This document shows positions 47,414-57,567 of a stretch of DNA of 63,470 bases, one piece after another (the stretch's first letter is position 1; each line of letters begins with the position of its first letter). Both the position numbers and the translations under genes were made by a program. The notes beneath the pieces were generated by a model. The model saw nothing but the letters and a program-made list of their open reading frames with translations. It had not been told where the DNA came from and ran no database searches. Source of the DNA: Candidatus Geothermincola primus (lineage in GTDB: Bacteria; Actinomycetota; Geothermincolia; Geothermincolales; Geothermincolaceae); contig JACVIX010000001.1 of assembly GCA_015711725.1 (NCBI GenBank), positions 1 to 63,470 of the forward strand, written 5' to 3'.

Positions 47414-47867
47414 TTCTACATTTTTGGGATTGCCATCTTTTATTTACGGGAATGGGCGTATGGGGTTCTCTCGCAGGATGAAAATTTTCCGCTCTCGCCC
47501 TTGGAGGATATCTAGAATCGTTAAGCAGACTACTTTTGAGACCCCCAAGCCGTAGGGGAATCCAAGAAAGAAGAGAAGATTCCAGGGGTCGATTCTTCCA
47601 TTTCATACCAATTTTGTGGGGTCAATAGTTAGACATAAAAAAATAATATGGTGTAAAATAAATAAACAATCCCCCCTCTTTTGCTTTATGAATGTAGCTC
47701 GGTCTTTCTTCGGCATTTTCCCAAAATTTTCTATAAAAACCACGAAAAAGGTCTGCGATGCGAAAGCGGCCGCGTGTGTTTAACTTTAGCGTGTTTTCTT
47801 ATAATCTAACTGAAGAATTGGTATTGAAGTATATCGTTTAAGATATCGTTGAGAGAAGAATTATTAA

Positions 47868-48647
47868 ATGTTCAGAGGAGAACTGAGTTTGAGCCACGGT
47901 TGGAAGTGGAGAATAAAAGAGTACGAGATTGTAGATTCCACCAATAAAGAAGCGAGGAGGTTGGTGGAAAGCGGAGAAGGTCCTGGCCTTGTGGTATGGG
48001 CTCATCAACAGACTTGTGGCAAAGGCCGGTTTGGCCGCCCTTGGTGGAGCCTTCCCGGTAAGAGTCTCCTAGCAAGCCTGGTTTTCGATGAAATAAGCGG
48101 CTTGGATGCGACCCGTCTGGTTTCAGTTGCTTCTATAGCCGCTATAGTGGGAAAAGCCGGAAGCGGGCCCAAGATAAAATGGCCAAATGACCTCGTTTAC
48201 GATAACAGGAAAGTAGCTGGGATTCTCACTGAATATGTCACCTTCAGAGGACTTCGATATGTGATCGTCGGTCTGGGTGTCAATGTAGGCTATCTTCCGG
48301 AAGAGCTGGAATCACATTCCGGCGTTTCTTCCACCTCCCTCTTGATGGAGGAGAAGAGTTTATGGGACATAAAGGAGCTTCTCCTCTCCCTGTTGGATGA
48401 GATAGACCTAAGGTTGAAGAAGAAAAGCCTGGACTGGTTTGAGGAATATAGCAGCAAGCTAGCCTATATCAATCAGGTTGTCACCGTGAAGCCACCTTAC
48501 ACTATTCTAGGAGAGAGGCATAAAAGAAAGAAAGAGATTCGCGGCGTAATGGAGGGCGTGGATGCCCAGGGTTATCTGATATTAAGATTGAATGATAGCA
48601 CATATAGGATAGCGGCGGGCGATATAGCTGCCGAGGCCGATGGTTAG
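47868..48647 (+). CDS. birA: biotin--[acetyl-CoA-carboxylase] ligase (class I, no HTH)
   Basis: 'QQTCGKGRFGRPWWS' is the GxGRxGRxW biotin-binding loop. 'KWPNDL' is present. A C-terminal SH3-like tail follows. Confidence 0.8.
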   Translation: MFRGELSLSHGWKWRIKEYEIVDSTNKEARRLVESGEGPGLVVWAHQQTCGKGRFGRPWWSLPGKSLLASLVFDEISGLDATRLVSVASIAAIVGKAGSGPKIKWPNDLVYDNRKVAGILTEYVTFRGLRYVIVGLGVNVGYLPEELESHSGVSSTSLLMEEKSLWDIKELLLSLLDEIDLRLKKKSLDWFEEYSSKLAYINQVVTVKPPYTILGERHKRKKEIRGVMEGVDAQGYLILRLNDSTYRIAAGDIAAEADG

Positions 48648-48711
48648 GAAATGATGGAAGGAAATCTATAAGAATAGTAAAGGTTACGCTGAAGCGGGGT
48701 GAATTTGAGAA

Positions 48712-49308
48712 GTGACTTACATCAAGAGAGGCCAGATAGAGGAGATGAAGAAGAAATACGGGGTGCCTCGGGAGCTGAAAATGGTTCTGGAAATCACGCC
48801 CCCTGAGTTTAATATGCTCTGTGCTTCCCGGAAGAACGAACGCTCACACGATATCACTCTCTTCATTTTCAAAGACCGCGATTACCGTGAGTTCGCCGCA
48901 ATCGCCAAGCATTTCTTTCCCGTAGGGGTATACCGTGCTCCCAGCGGAGCTGCTCATCCGGGAGAAGATTTCGAGAATGGAGCCAAACGGGAAGCCCTTG
49001 AGGAGACAGGGCTGGAGATAGAGCTTGATCGTTTTATTCTAATAATCCACGCCACCTTCACCTGCGGACCTGAATTCGAGGATTGGACCAGTTATATCTT
49101 TACCGCGTTTCGAAAATCCGGCAGACTAGAGCACCGGGACAAGGAGGAGATAAGCGAGACGCGTTGGCTCACCCTGGAGGAATTGCAGAACGAGGTAAGG
49201 GAAAAATTGATGGCCACCGACATCATGCTCTTCCATTATCGTCTAGCCCTGCATGATTATTCCGTGGAGGAGATCAAGAAATTGCGCAGTGGGGAGCAGG
49301 AGAGCTAG
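48712..49308 (+). CDS. Nudix hydrolase
   Basis: The Nudix box is 'GAAHPGEDFENGAKREALEETGLE'. Confidence 0.8.
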   Translation: MTYIKRGQIEEMKKKYGVPRELKMVLEITPPEFNMLCASRKNERSHDITLFIFKDRDYREFAAIAKHFFPVGVYRAPSGAAHPGEDFENGAKREALEETGLEIELDRFILIIHATFTCGPEFEDWTSYIFTAFRKSGRLEHRDKEEISETRWLTLEELQNEVREKLMATDIMLFHYRLALHDYSVEEIKKLRSGEQES

Positions 49309-49641
49309 CCCCCGATGCTTTCCGTCGAAAATTCTACGTGCATGGCTAGAGCGCGCGGAAAAGATTCTTAAGGTAAAGGAAACTTTATGGAGATCGATCG
49401 AAGATAACATATTTACATAATGTTAATTTAAGTGTTTAATCCAGAAAAAAGGAAAGATACTCACGGAAATTTAACATATATTGGCGCCCAAGACCTATTC
49501 CACATTGCCAACTCCAGTGATACCCCACATTAAGGCGTTGGTTTACTCGAATGGCGGACGAACATGGCGGCTCGCTTTCCAAGAAATCGCTTTATACGAC
49601 TATGGTAATCGTGACATAGAAAAAGGGTAGAAGCGCTGGAA

Positions 49642-52197
49642 TCATTGATTGACCATTGCTTCCTGTTGAGGGCTTGTCTGCAGAGCTAGCTTAATCTTGC
49701 GAAGGGAATCATATACGGCGCGGCGCACCTTATCATTCCTGTCATTGGAATATTTAGACAGGATATCCCAACTCTCCGGTGAAGGTAAGCAGCCTAAGGC
49801 GCGAGCAGCTTCCACCCGAAGTTCCTCTTTGCTAGAGCGGTTGAAGATGATGAAGGGTTTCTTCAACATGCGCTTGATTATCGGCACAGCGGATATATCG
49901 CCTATCTGTCCCAATGCCCAAATTGCCGCCGCTTGTACCGGGATAGCGTATTTTCTCTTGTAACGCATGGAGGAAGGCGGTTTGATGATCTCTAGGAGAT
50001 CCGGAGCGGTGGAGATATCCTTGATTCTTCCTAGACCAAGACAACATTCCACCTGTACTTGTTCGTCGCGGTCCTTGAGCCCTTCTACCAAAAGCGATAC
50101 GGTCTCCGGCGTGTGAATTTTAGCGATAGCTTTGATAGTCTCTCTGCGCACTTCGGGATTCTGGTGTTTGATGAACCGACTAAGGGACTGAATGATGGAG
50201 CGATTCCCGATTTCGGCGAGTATGGATATGATATTGCGGTACATATACCAGGGATTGTACTTTTCTAGGTCGTTAATTAGAGTCTTGATGGCATCTTTGC
50301 CAATGTGTTCCAGGGCGTCAAAAGTGATTTTACGGACCAGCATGTCCTCGCTTTCCTTAAGTACCTGGATCAATGGCTGGACCGATTTATTCTCAAATTT
50401 AATCATAATATTGGCTACTTCGGTTATGGTCTCCGCGTTCCCTTCCCGTAAAACGTCCGCCAGAGTGGTCAGCACGTCCTGGGAGGCGACACTGGAGATG
50501 GACTCTAAAGCGACTTTTTGCTGTTCAGGTTTGCGCAGATGGGTGGCGCTACAATGTTGCCAGAAGGTGTCGATTATCTCAATGGCCGCTCCGTAATCCT
50601 GGTTAAGAATAAATCGCTCCGCCAATTGGGAGAGTACTTTGGATATGGCGGAATAGGTCTCGGTCAGCTCTTTTTCTTTTTCCAGACGTTGCAGAAGATG
50701 ATTCTTCATCTCATGGGCTATGGCGATTTCCTCGATCTCCTGGTCAAAACGGATAATATCCGGAAGTTTGCTCAGAGCTTGAACCGTCTTTAAACGGATT
50801 TCTGGGCTCATGTCGTTGAGATTCTCTAACAGTTTCAGGACAAGTTTTTCCGCGGTTTGGTAGTTCTTATTCCTGAACAATTTCTGGATTATGATGGGAA
50901 TGTTCTGGTCAATAGTAAGATCTTGCTCCACATCGGTGATATCCAACCCCAGGCCTTCGCTGACAATAAAACTGGACAACTGGTACACCAGGGTGCTGTC
51001 TCCGGCTCCCCCTCCTTCCCCCCGCGATTCGCTGATCTTCTTCCACATATCCGCTTGGAAGATACGATCGTTTACCCTGGATTCCCAGGGCTTTCCCACG
51101 GACGCCGCGAAGATTTCATCCACCAGGCTAGAGAGAGCTTGGGCTCGTCGTTCCTTTTCGGGGTCTTGCCCATCCTCACCTTGGCTGATTTTAAGCATAT
51201 CGTGTTCTCTCAATATATTTTCCAGAAGGTCAAGGATCTTTCCCTCGCGCAGATTTTCCAGCACCTGGCGGCGTCGCACCAGTTTCGCCAGAGTGGGAGG
51301 GGGTTCATATATGAGATATTCTTTAAGTTCCGAAGATTCCAGGAAGCCTACCGCCTTGGCGATCTCCGTCACATCCATTTCCACTAGCTCGGGCTGATCC
51401 AGTTCCTGAGTTAGCTGCGCCACTCTTTCCAAAGCGTCGATGATGGACATTAAAGCTTCTTCTGGTTCTTCTATTTCCGCGAGAATCTCCCTCAAAGCTT
51501 GCCGAAGCAGCATTCCCATCCGTGGTGGATTGGCCATGATATCTCCAAGGGCTTCCTCCCCGAGGTCCGAACGGGAGTCTTTGCCGAGCAGATATCCAAT
51601 GAATCTTTCGTCCTTGAGTTTCTCCGCGAGGCGGGCCATCTCCTCATCGCGCAATTTTAACTCTATATCTTTTTCCGTTTCTTTGACGGCTACGTCCTCG
51701 TCTTCGCTCACGGAGATGTATCTGCGTTCGTTGACCAGGATGTTCTCTACTTGCCGTTTTTTCAGCGTTTCGGTAACCCCGCCCATGGAATGCAACTTAT
51801 CCGGCTCCTCTCCCATCACTTCCAGGAAAGACCGGAACTCTTCCACGCTGACTCCATCAGAGAAGAGGATGCTGAATATGTCTCTACGGCGCAAAGAGGT
51901 GAGAAAAGCGACAACCGGGGGTCTGGCTTGGTCTCTTTCATCGAGTTTGACCCCGTTGACCAGAAGGAGATTGTTTGCCTCGCCCAAGGTAAGCTTGTTA
52001 GACATGGAGAGCAACTTGTTCAAGCGTTCATATCCTACTTCCACAGAGGTGGTGATCATGTCACTGGTCGAGGGGTACATATGGATGTTTACCAGGGCTG
52101 CGTTCAAGGCTATCAACAACTCGACGGCAGACTTGGCTAACTCGGCGTCGATGGTCTCTTCCGCTCCATCTATATTCCTGTCAATCTCATCCGCCAT
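49642..52197 (-). CDS. large HEAT-repeat protein with an uncharacterised N-terminal helical region
   Basis: The C-terminal ~250 aa contain repeated 'PEVRRETIKAIAKI', 'DRDEQVQVECCLGLGRI' and 'DRNDKVRRAVYDSL' HEAT-like units. The rest is alpha-helical by composition. Confidence 0.75.
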   Translation of the reverse strand: MADEIDRNIDGAEETIDAELAKSAVELLIALNAALVNIHMYPSTSDMITTSVEVGYERLNKLLSMSNKLTLGEANNLLLVNGVKLDERDQARPPVVAFLTSLRRRDIFSILFSDGVSVEEFRSFLEVMGEEPDKLHSMGGVTETLKKRQVENILVNERRYISVSEDEDVAVKETEKDIELKLRDEEMARLAEKLKDERFIGYLLGKDSRSDLGEEALGDIMANPPRMGMLLRQALREILAEIEEPEEALMSIIDALERVAQLTQELDQPELVEMDVTEIAKAVGFLESSELKEYLIYEPPPTLAKLVRRRQVLENLREGKILDLLENILREHDMLKISQGEDGQDPEKERRAQALSSLVDEIFAASVGKPWESRVNDRIFQADMWKKISESRGEGGGAGDSTLVYQLSSFIVSEGLGLDITDVEQDLTIDQNIPIIIQKLFRNKNYQTAEKLVLKLLENLNDMSPEIRLKTVQALSKLPDIIRFDQEIEEIAIAHEMKNHLLQRLEKEKELTETYSAISKVLSQLAERFILNQDYGAAIEIIDTFWQHCSATHLRKPEQQKVALESISSVASQDVLTTLADVLREGNAETITEVANIMIKFENKSVQPLIQVLKESEDMLVRKITFDALEHIGKDAIKTLINDLEKYNPWYMYRNIISILAEIGNRSIIQSLSRFIKHQNPEVRRETIKAIAKIHTPETVSLLVEGLKDRDEQVQVECCLGLGRIKDISTAPDLLEIIKPPSSMRYKRKYAIPVQAAAIWALGQIGDISAVPIIKRMLKKPFIIFNRSSKEELRVEAARALGCLPSPESWDILSKYSNDRNDKVRRAVYDSLRKIKLALQTSPQQEAMVNQ

Positions 52198-52542
52198 GCT
52201 ATCTCTCGTTCCTCATAGACTAAATGGTGTGAACTTCCAGAAATAATCTATAACGATTATCGTCAATACTCCGCCAGCATCTTTAGAAAAAATCGGCTGA
52301 CTCTCCCAACCATCACTTCTTTCATTATATTCCCTCAAGAGCGGATTATTACCTTTTTATTGGAATACACAGGGACAAGAGTGATGAATGGAAGTTTTGG
52401 GAAGCGGTTCTCAACCTTACCCGACTTGAATGGGATGGACCAACCTTAAACCGGGGAACCTCTTCTCTCTCGGATCTGTGAGCGATATGCGTCCGCAAAT
52501 CTTGGGCAAGCTCAAAAATTATGATTTCGCACATCCATTTTT

Positions 52543-53457
52543 CTATTTTGGAAGAGGCGAGCTCACCGCCGATTCCAGGCTGGAAAGCGCCGCATTAATG
52601 CTGTTTATCATGCTGTCCAGCTGCGAATCAAGCTTCGCAAAGGTGCTCGATATCACTGAATTCAACTGAGAAGCCAGCGAATTGACGTTATGGCTATTGC
52701 CCGAGTTAAGCGAGGCTATTATCTGCTGGACGATGGTATTGAGCTGGCTTGTCATTGAATTGTAGATTTCATTATAAGCTTTCATGGAGTCAGGGGCATG
52801 AATGGCTTTGACACCGGAATGTATTTTTTCCATAAGAGAGTTCAACTGTTGAGAATTTTCCCTCTGTTGTTGAGTGTTAATCACCCCTGGCAATTTAGAG
52901 ATACGGTCTACCAGTTGCTGGAGTTGATGAATCTTAGAAAACTCAGGCGCGATCTGCTTGAGATAGTCGATCTGGAGAACCGCTTGCACTAGCATCTGCT
53001 CTACGTAGTTATAATATGCTATTAACTCATCATAGAGAGCCGCATATTCTGCGGAAACATTCGAAACATCCTCCGCAGCCTCGATGACCGCGTTGGAGGC
53101 CGTCTCGACGTCATTCAAAAGATCCTCTAAGGCGGCGTCCATTTCTTCTACTTCTTGAGCATAGGTTTGAGGATCGGTTATGGCTTGTTGGGATTCTAAG
53201 TCGGCCATCTCCTTCGTCAATTCATCGACGCTATTCTTTATATCCTCATACTCCTTCAGCAGGTACTCGTTGTTGTAAGCGGTTTCTCCCGGGGTCCCTT
53301 CCTTTTTCCAGGGCTGGACCACCAATGCCACGATTAGGGCGATTACCAAGAGAATTACAGGTATCGTAAAAATCAAGATTTTAGCCCTGCTTCTGCCAAA
53401 TTCATTTTTCCACCAGCAGCTCATGTGCATATCCTCCTTCTTCGATCGCTTATACAT
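52543..53457 (-). CDS. N-terminally membrane-anchored coiled-coil protein
   Basis: TM 'ILIFTIPVILLVIALIVALVV' followed by a long heptad-like Q/E/L/A-rich region. No family recognised. Confidence 0.6.
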   Translation of the reverse strand: MYKRSKKEDMHMSCWWKNEFGRSRAKILIFTIPVILLVIALIVALVVQPWKKEGTPGETAYNNEYLLKEYEDIKNSVDELTKEMADLESQQAITDPQTYAQEVEEMDAALEDLLNDVETASNAVIEAAEDVSNVSAEYAALYDELIAYYNYVEQMLVQAVLQIDYLKQIAPEFSKIHQLQQLVDRISKLPGVINTQQQRENSQQLNSLMEKIHSGVKAIHAPDSMKAYNEIYNSMTSQLNTIVQQIIASLNSGNSHNVNSLASQLNSVISSTFAKLDSQLDSMINSINAALSSLESAVSSPLPK

Positions 53458-53763
53458 TGCCTAGCGCTCGATGGCGTACATCATCATGTCTATGCTGGCG
53501 GCGCTTAAAATCTTTCGAATAGCAATTTGTTAGACTGAATTTTACCTGAGAAGGTTCCATGGAACTGGTATATAAGCGGGACGTGGAAAGGTGACAGGTG
53601 AAATACAGAGCGAAAATCTTACGAATATTTTTATGCGTCATTAAAAGAGCCGATCGGGAATTTCTTGTAGTATGATGATAACGTAACATGTCCAATTATT
53701 TTCGCGACAACGCATCAATGCTGAGTTTTAGTTTTTCGCCTCGGAAGTTAATCAGCGTAAAGA

Positions 53764-54663
53764 CTAACCATCCAGCTGAGCTTCGAGGAAACGGGGAAGC
53801 CCCGCATAATCGAATAAGGTCTCAACATTTACATATCCTTCGCGGATTGCCTGGAATGTGATTCTTTCCAACTGATGCGCTCCGGCCTCCATGAATAACC
53901 ATCCCCTGGGTGATAGCCAAAATTTTGCGTTTTGTAAAATTTTCAAATGGAAGGAGATACCATTCTCTTTCGCCAGCAGCGCGATACGAGGCTCATGATT
54001 TTTTACTTCAGGGGGAAGTAGTTGAAATTCTTCTTCAGATACGTAAGGAGGATTGCTTAATATAAAGTCTATGCGACCCTTCAACTCCTCGGGCAATGAT
54101 TCAAAGAGGTCGCTGTGATAGAATCTCACTCGGTCCTGGAGGCCTAACCTCACCGCGTTCTTTCTGGCTACTTCCAGCGCCTGGGTAGAGATGTCCGAGG
54201 CATGCACCTGCGCTGAGGGGTTTTCATAGGCTATGGATAAGGCGATACAACCGGATCCCGTGCCCAGATCCAGGACCACTGCCTCCCTCCTTCCCAGGCT
54301 CATCTTCTCAAGTCCCCTCTCAACCAATAACTCCGTTTCGGGACGGGGTATCATCACCTGGGGATTTACCTCGAGCTCTAGATAACGGAAGCCTCGGAAG
54401 CCGGTGATGTATTGAAGCGGCTCGTGATGGAGGCGCCTTTGCAGAAGAGATTTGAAATCGTTTATTTCTTTTGTCGAGAGGGGCTTCTCGAAGTTGACAT
54501 AGAGGTTGATCCTGCTCAAACCGGTTGTCAGTGAGAGCAAAGTTTCCGCGTTGAGCCTGGGACTGATGATCTGCTCCCCTCTCAGCTTTTCTGTGGCCCA
54601 GTTGATTATGTCGATGATTCGATTGCCTGACGGCGAAGATATCTTTTTCATCATGGTCTTCAT
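53764..54663 (-). CDS. prmC: release factor glutamine N5-methyltransferase
   Basis: 'VLDLGTGSGCIA' is the SAM motif. 'ILSNPPY' is the NPPY motif. The true start may be the ATG at 54651. Confidence 0.9.
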   Translation of the reverse strand: MKTMMKKISSPSGNRIIDIINWATEKLRGEQIISPRLNAETLLSLTTGLSRINLYVNFEKPLSTKEINDFKSLLQRRLHHEPLQYITGFRGFRYLELEVNPQVMIPRPETELLVERGLEKMSLGRREAVVLDLGTGSGCIALSIAYENPSAQVHASDISTQALEVARKNAVRLGLQDRVRFYHSDLFESLPEELKGRIDFILSNPPYVSEEEFQLLPPEVKNHEPRIALLAKENGISFHLKILQNAKFWLSPRGWLFMEAGAHQLERITFQAIREGYVNVETLFDYAGLPRFLEAQLDG

Positions 54664-54808
54664 ATTCCATTGATCGGGGCCAAGGCCGCTCTAAAGCAGA
54701 ATGGGTAAATTGCTATAACGGGTGACATAGAAACACGAATCTCCAGATTTTCATGTTCTCCAGAACTCATGGCAACAGGCGATTTAATTAAGAAATCTTT
54801 TTCATGGC

Positions 54809-54832
54809 GGAGAAATAATTTTTTCTTTCTCC
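54809..54832. repeat. hairpin copy B (GGAGAAA-N10-TTTCTCC) in the prfA-prmC spacer
   Basis: 7-bp stem. It is related in stem and loop to copy A at 54883-54910. Confidence 0.55.
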
Positions 54833-54882
54833 TCCCCTTTATCGTCAGGCTTCCGCTACCGAAAAGACATGTCCTGTATATT

Positions 54883-54910
54883 GGGGAGAAATATTCTTTG
54901 CTTTCTCCCC
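54883..54910. repeat. hairpin copy A (GGGGAGAAA-N10-TTTCTCCCC) in the prfA-prmC spacer
   Basis: 9-bp perfect stem. The loop is 6/9 identical to copy B. Confidence 0.55.
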
Positions 54911-54961
54911 TGTTGTCATGGCGATTTCCCTGTGCAAGCGTAACGATAAACACCGGGTTTT

Positions 54962-56041
54962 TCAAGAGATAGTGAGCTCTTTTAACTTTTCAGTCCTTTC
55001 CTGGGTGGCCAACGCGTCGATGATTTCGTCAAGGTCACCTTGGAGAATATCTTCCAGACGGTAGAGGGTAAGGCCGATGCGGTGATCGGTCAGCCTTCCT
55101 TGGGGAAAATTATAGGTTCTGATGCGCTCAGAGCGATCGCCCGTCCCCACCTGAGAGCGCCTCTCGGCTGCTTGTTCTTGTTGTTGACGGTCTTGCTGCA
55201 TTTTAAGTAAGCGAGCGCGGAGTATTCTTAAAGCTTTCTCTCGATTTTGAAGTTGCGATTTTTCGTCCTGGCAGGTCACCACCAAATTGGTGGGGATATG
55301 GGTAATCCTCACTGCGGAGTCGGTGGTATTTACTGATTGTCCACCGGGACCGGTAGAACGGAAGACATCTATGCGTAGGTCGTTGGGGTTGATCTCTACG
55401 TCTATCTCCTCCGCTTCGGGAAGCACCGCCACCGTTGCGGTGGAAGTATGGATTCGCCCTCCCGATTCGGTCACGGGGATTCTTTGAACCCGGTGAACTC
55501 CGGATTCATATTTCATCTTGCTATAAGCCCCCTTGCCTTTGATGCTGAAAACAACTTCCTTGAACCCACCCAGATCGGAAGGGCTGGAGGAAAGTGGTTC
55601 CACTTTCCAGCCTTGAGAGTCGGCGTAGCGGGTATACATGCGATAAAGGTCTCCGGCGAAGAGACTGGCTTCCTCTCCCCCCGCGCCAGCCCGTATTTCC
55701 ATGATTACGTTTTTTTCATCGCGCGGATCCTTAGGAAGAAGAAGATAGCGCAACTCATCCTCTAGGCTACCCAACTTCTGCTGAGCCTGGGCGAGCTCCT
55801 CCTCCAGGAAGTTTTCCATCTCTTCCTCATGGTCTTCTTTCTGCAGTTGGCGAATCTCCTTTATTTCCTTCTCAAGGGCGCGGTATTCCTTAAATTTGCC
55901 TACTATCACACCTAACTCAGCGTGGGACCTGACCAATTCGCGGTAACGCTTCAGATCCTTTAACAACTCTGGCTGGGAGAGCTCACGATTGAGGCTCTCA
56001 TATACCCTCTCCAGTTCTTCAAGTTTAGCCCTTATATCCAT
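54962..56041 (-). CDS. prfA: peptide chain release factor 1
   Basis: The '[10 protein letters not shown]' GGQ motif is present. The 'PVTES' region fits the RF1 PxT tripeptide context. 359 aa. Confidence 0.95.
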   Translation of the reverse strand: MDIRAKLEELERVYESLNRELSQPELLKDLKRYRELVRSHAELGVIVGKFKEYRALEKEIKEIRQLQKEDHEEEMENFLEEELAQAQQKLGSLEDELRYLLLPKDPRDEKNVIMEIRAGAGGEEASLFAGDLYRMYTRYADSQGWKVEPLSSSPSDLGGFKEVVFSIKGKGAYSKMKYESGVHRVQRIPVTESGGRIHTSTATVAVLPEAEEIDVEINPNDLRIDVFRSTGPGGQSVNTTDSAVRITHIPTNLVVTCQDEKSQLQNREKALRILRARLLKMQQDRQQQEQAAERRSQVGTGDRSERIRTYNFPQGRLTDHRIGLTLYRLEDILQGDLDEIIDALATQERTEKLKELTIS

Positions 56042-56049
56042 CTCTTCCT

Positions 56050-57033
56050 CTACGATTCATTCGACCGTTTATATATTCCCCTCTCCGTATCGTGAATTAT
56101 TCCCTCCACCTTTATTAGAGAACTCAACGCGAACAAAGCCACTTCGGCCTGATCTTCTTGTGGCCTGCGAGTGGTCAATCTCTGCAGAACCAGCCCAGGC
56201 CAAGCGATTATTCTAACCGCTCGGGAATTCCGATGACGGTCCGCTAGTTTCATTATCTCATAGGAAAAACCCGCTATTAAAGGAAGGAGAATTATGCGCT
56301 CGGAGATTCTAAGCCACAGTGCGGGCCGGCCCAGAAAAGAGTAGACAAGGATTGTGATTAGGAAGACAAGAAGCAAAAGAGAGGTGCCGCAGCGCAGGTG
56401 GTCTGTCCCTTTTCTTAGAGCAAGTTGGGGTTCGAGGGGAAGTCCTTCCTCCAGAAGATGGATGGCCTGATGTTCGGCTCCATGATACTGGTAAAGTCGG
56501 CGGATGTCTTTGAGCAATGAGGTGATGAGCAGATAGAGGATAAATATGACAATACGTAAAAATCCCTCTAACAGGTTAAGATATATTACGTTAGCGTTAT
56601 TCCCCAAAACACGAGGGGCGAGGTAAGTTGGCAGTGCGATAAAAAGGGCGATAAAGATAATCAGAGCTATGAACAGGGATATGATAAATTCCACCCCCAT
56701 CCCTGAGCTTCCCTTACTTTCTCGCCATCCTCCTCCCTTTTTTCCGTAATCCGGGCTCGCCTCGCCCAGAGCAATTTGGGTGGATTGCCCCAGAGCTTTG
56801 AAGCCTAGGATCAATGTCTCCACGAGAAGTGATATCCCCCTTAAGAAAGGGTAATTCCACACCGGATGTCTAGTGGTGAATGAATCGATGGGCGAGGAAT
56901 GGCAATAGACGGAACCATCAGGGCGGCGCACAGCCATCGACCAGTGCTTTCGCGAGCGCATCATCACGCCTTCAATAACAGCTTGGCCACCGATGGAGAG
57001 GTCCTCCAACTCTTTCGCTTTGAGGTAAAGCAT
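56050..57033 (-). CDS. DUF1385 (YqhQ-like) membrane protein
   Basis: '[13 protein letters not shown]' and 'YHGAEHQAI' are typical. The position between rpmE and prfA is conserved in Clostridia-like genomes. Confidence 0.8.
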   Translation of the reverse strand: MLYLKAKELEDLSIGGQAVIEGVMMRSRKHWSMAVRRPDGSVYCHSSPIDSFTTRHPVWNYPFLRGISLLVETLILGFKALGQSTQIALGEASPDYGKKGGGWRESKGSSGMGVEFIISLFIALIIFIALFIALPTYLAPRVLGNNANVIYLNLLEGFLRIVIFILYLLITSLLKDIRRLYQYHGAEHQAIHLLEEGLPLEPQLALRKGTDHLRCGTSLLLLVFLITILVYSFLGRPALWLRISERIILLPLIAGFSYEIMKLADRHRNSRAVRIIAWPGLVLQRLTTRRPQEDQAEVALFALSSLIKVEGIIHDTERGIYKRSNES

Positions 57034-57053
57034 GGAATAAGAATTGGGATGGA

Positions 57054-57284
57054 CTAAGGAGTTTCCTCTGCCTTTTTCGCTTTACGCGCGGCTGCATATC
57101 TGCGCTGGAACCGTTCCACTCTTCCACCTGTGTCCACCAACTTTTGTTTCCCGGTATAGAAGGGATGACACTTGGAACAAAGCTCTACACGGAGTACAGG
57201 CTTGGTGGACCTGGTCTTGAAGGTCTCGCCGCAAGAACAGGTTACTGTGGCTTCGACATATTCTGGATGAATTCCTTTCTTCAT
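57054..57284 (-). CDS. rpmE: 50S ribosomal protein L31 (Zn-binding type A)
   Basis: 'MKKGIHPEY...CSCG...[13 protein letters not shown]'. Confidence 0.95.
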   Translation of the reverse strand: MKKGIHPEYVEATVTCSCGETFKTRSTKPVLRVELCSKCHPFYTGKQKLVDTGGRVERFQRRYAAARKAKKAEETP

Positions 57285-57320
57285 CCCGTAACCTCCGATA
57301 ATCCTTATTACAACTTACAT

Positions 57321-57351
57321 ATTATAGCACCCTTATTCGGAAGAAAATCAA
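57321..57351 (-). promoter_or_regulatory. sigma-A-like promoter candidate for rpmE (TTGATT-N19-TATAAT with TGC extended -10)
   Basis: Read on the minus strand. The -10 box ends 36 nt upstream of the rpmE ATG. The spacer is slightly long. Confidence 0.35.
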
Positions 57352-57567
57352 TACCAGGTTTGCCGGGTTCCGTGAACGATCAAACGCTTTCAGCGTTGGC
57401 GAGGCGATGACCTTATCCGCGCGCGCAGATGATTAATTAAGTCACCTATTAAGGGATGAGCGAGCCACCCAGGCAGCTTTCTACGGATGGTAAGGAAGTG
57501 GTTATGAGCTTATTATCCTTGTTAGTCATAATCCTCGATCCCATTAACGAGAAAGCCGCCTCTTAGC

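Noticed and set aside
51440-52246. 268-aa plus-strand ORF, together with 50857-51397, 50192-50596 and 51751-52140.
   Set aside because: All are antisense to the 851-aa HEAT-repeat gene. Their translations are Ser/Arg-rich low complexity, typical of the reverse frame of a Glu/Leu/Asp-rich gene.
54660-54965. 101-aa ORF exactly filling the prfA-prmC spacer, with its stop overlapping the prmC ATG as ATGA.
   Set aside because: It is not called as a CDS for several reasons. It has a TTG start with no SD. Its composition is odd and Lys/Arg-rich. The frame runs through two palindromic hairpins and a duplicated prmC fragment. It is kept as an open question in the findings rather than dismissed outright.
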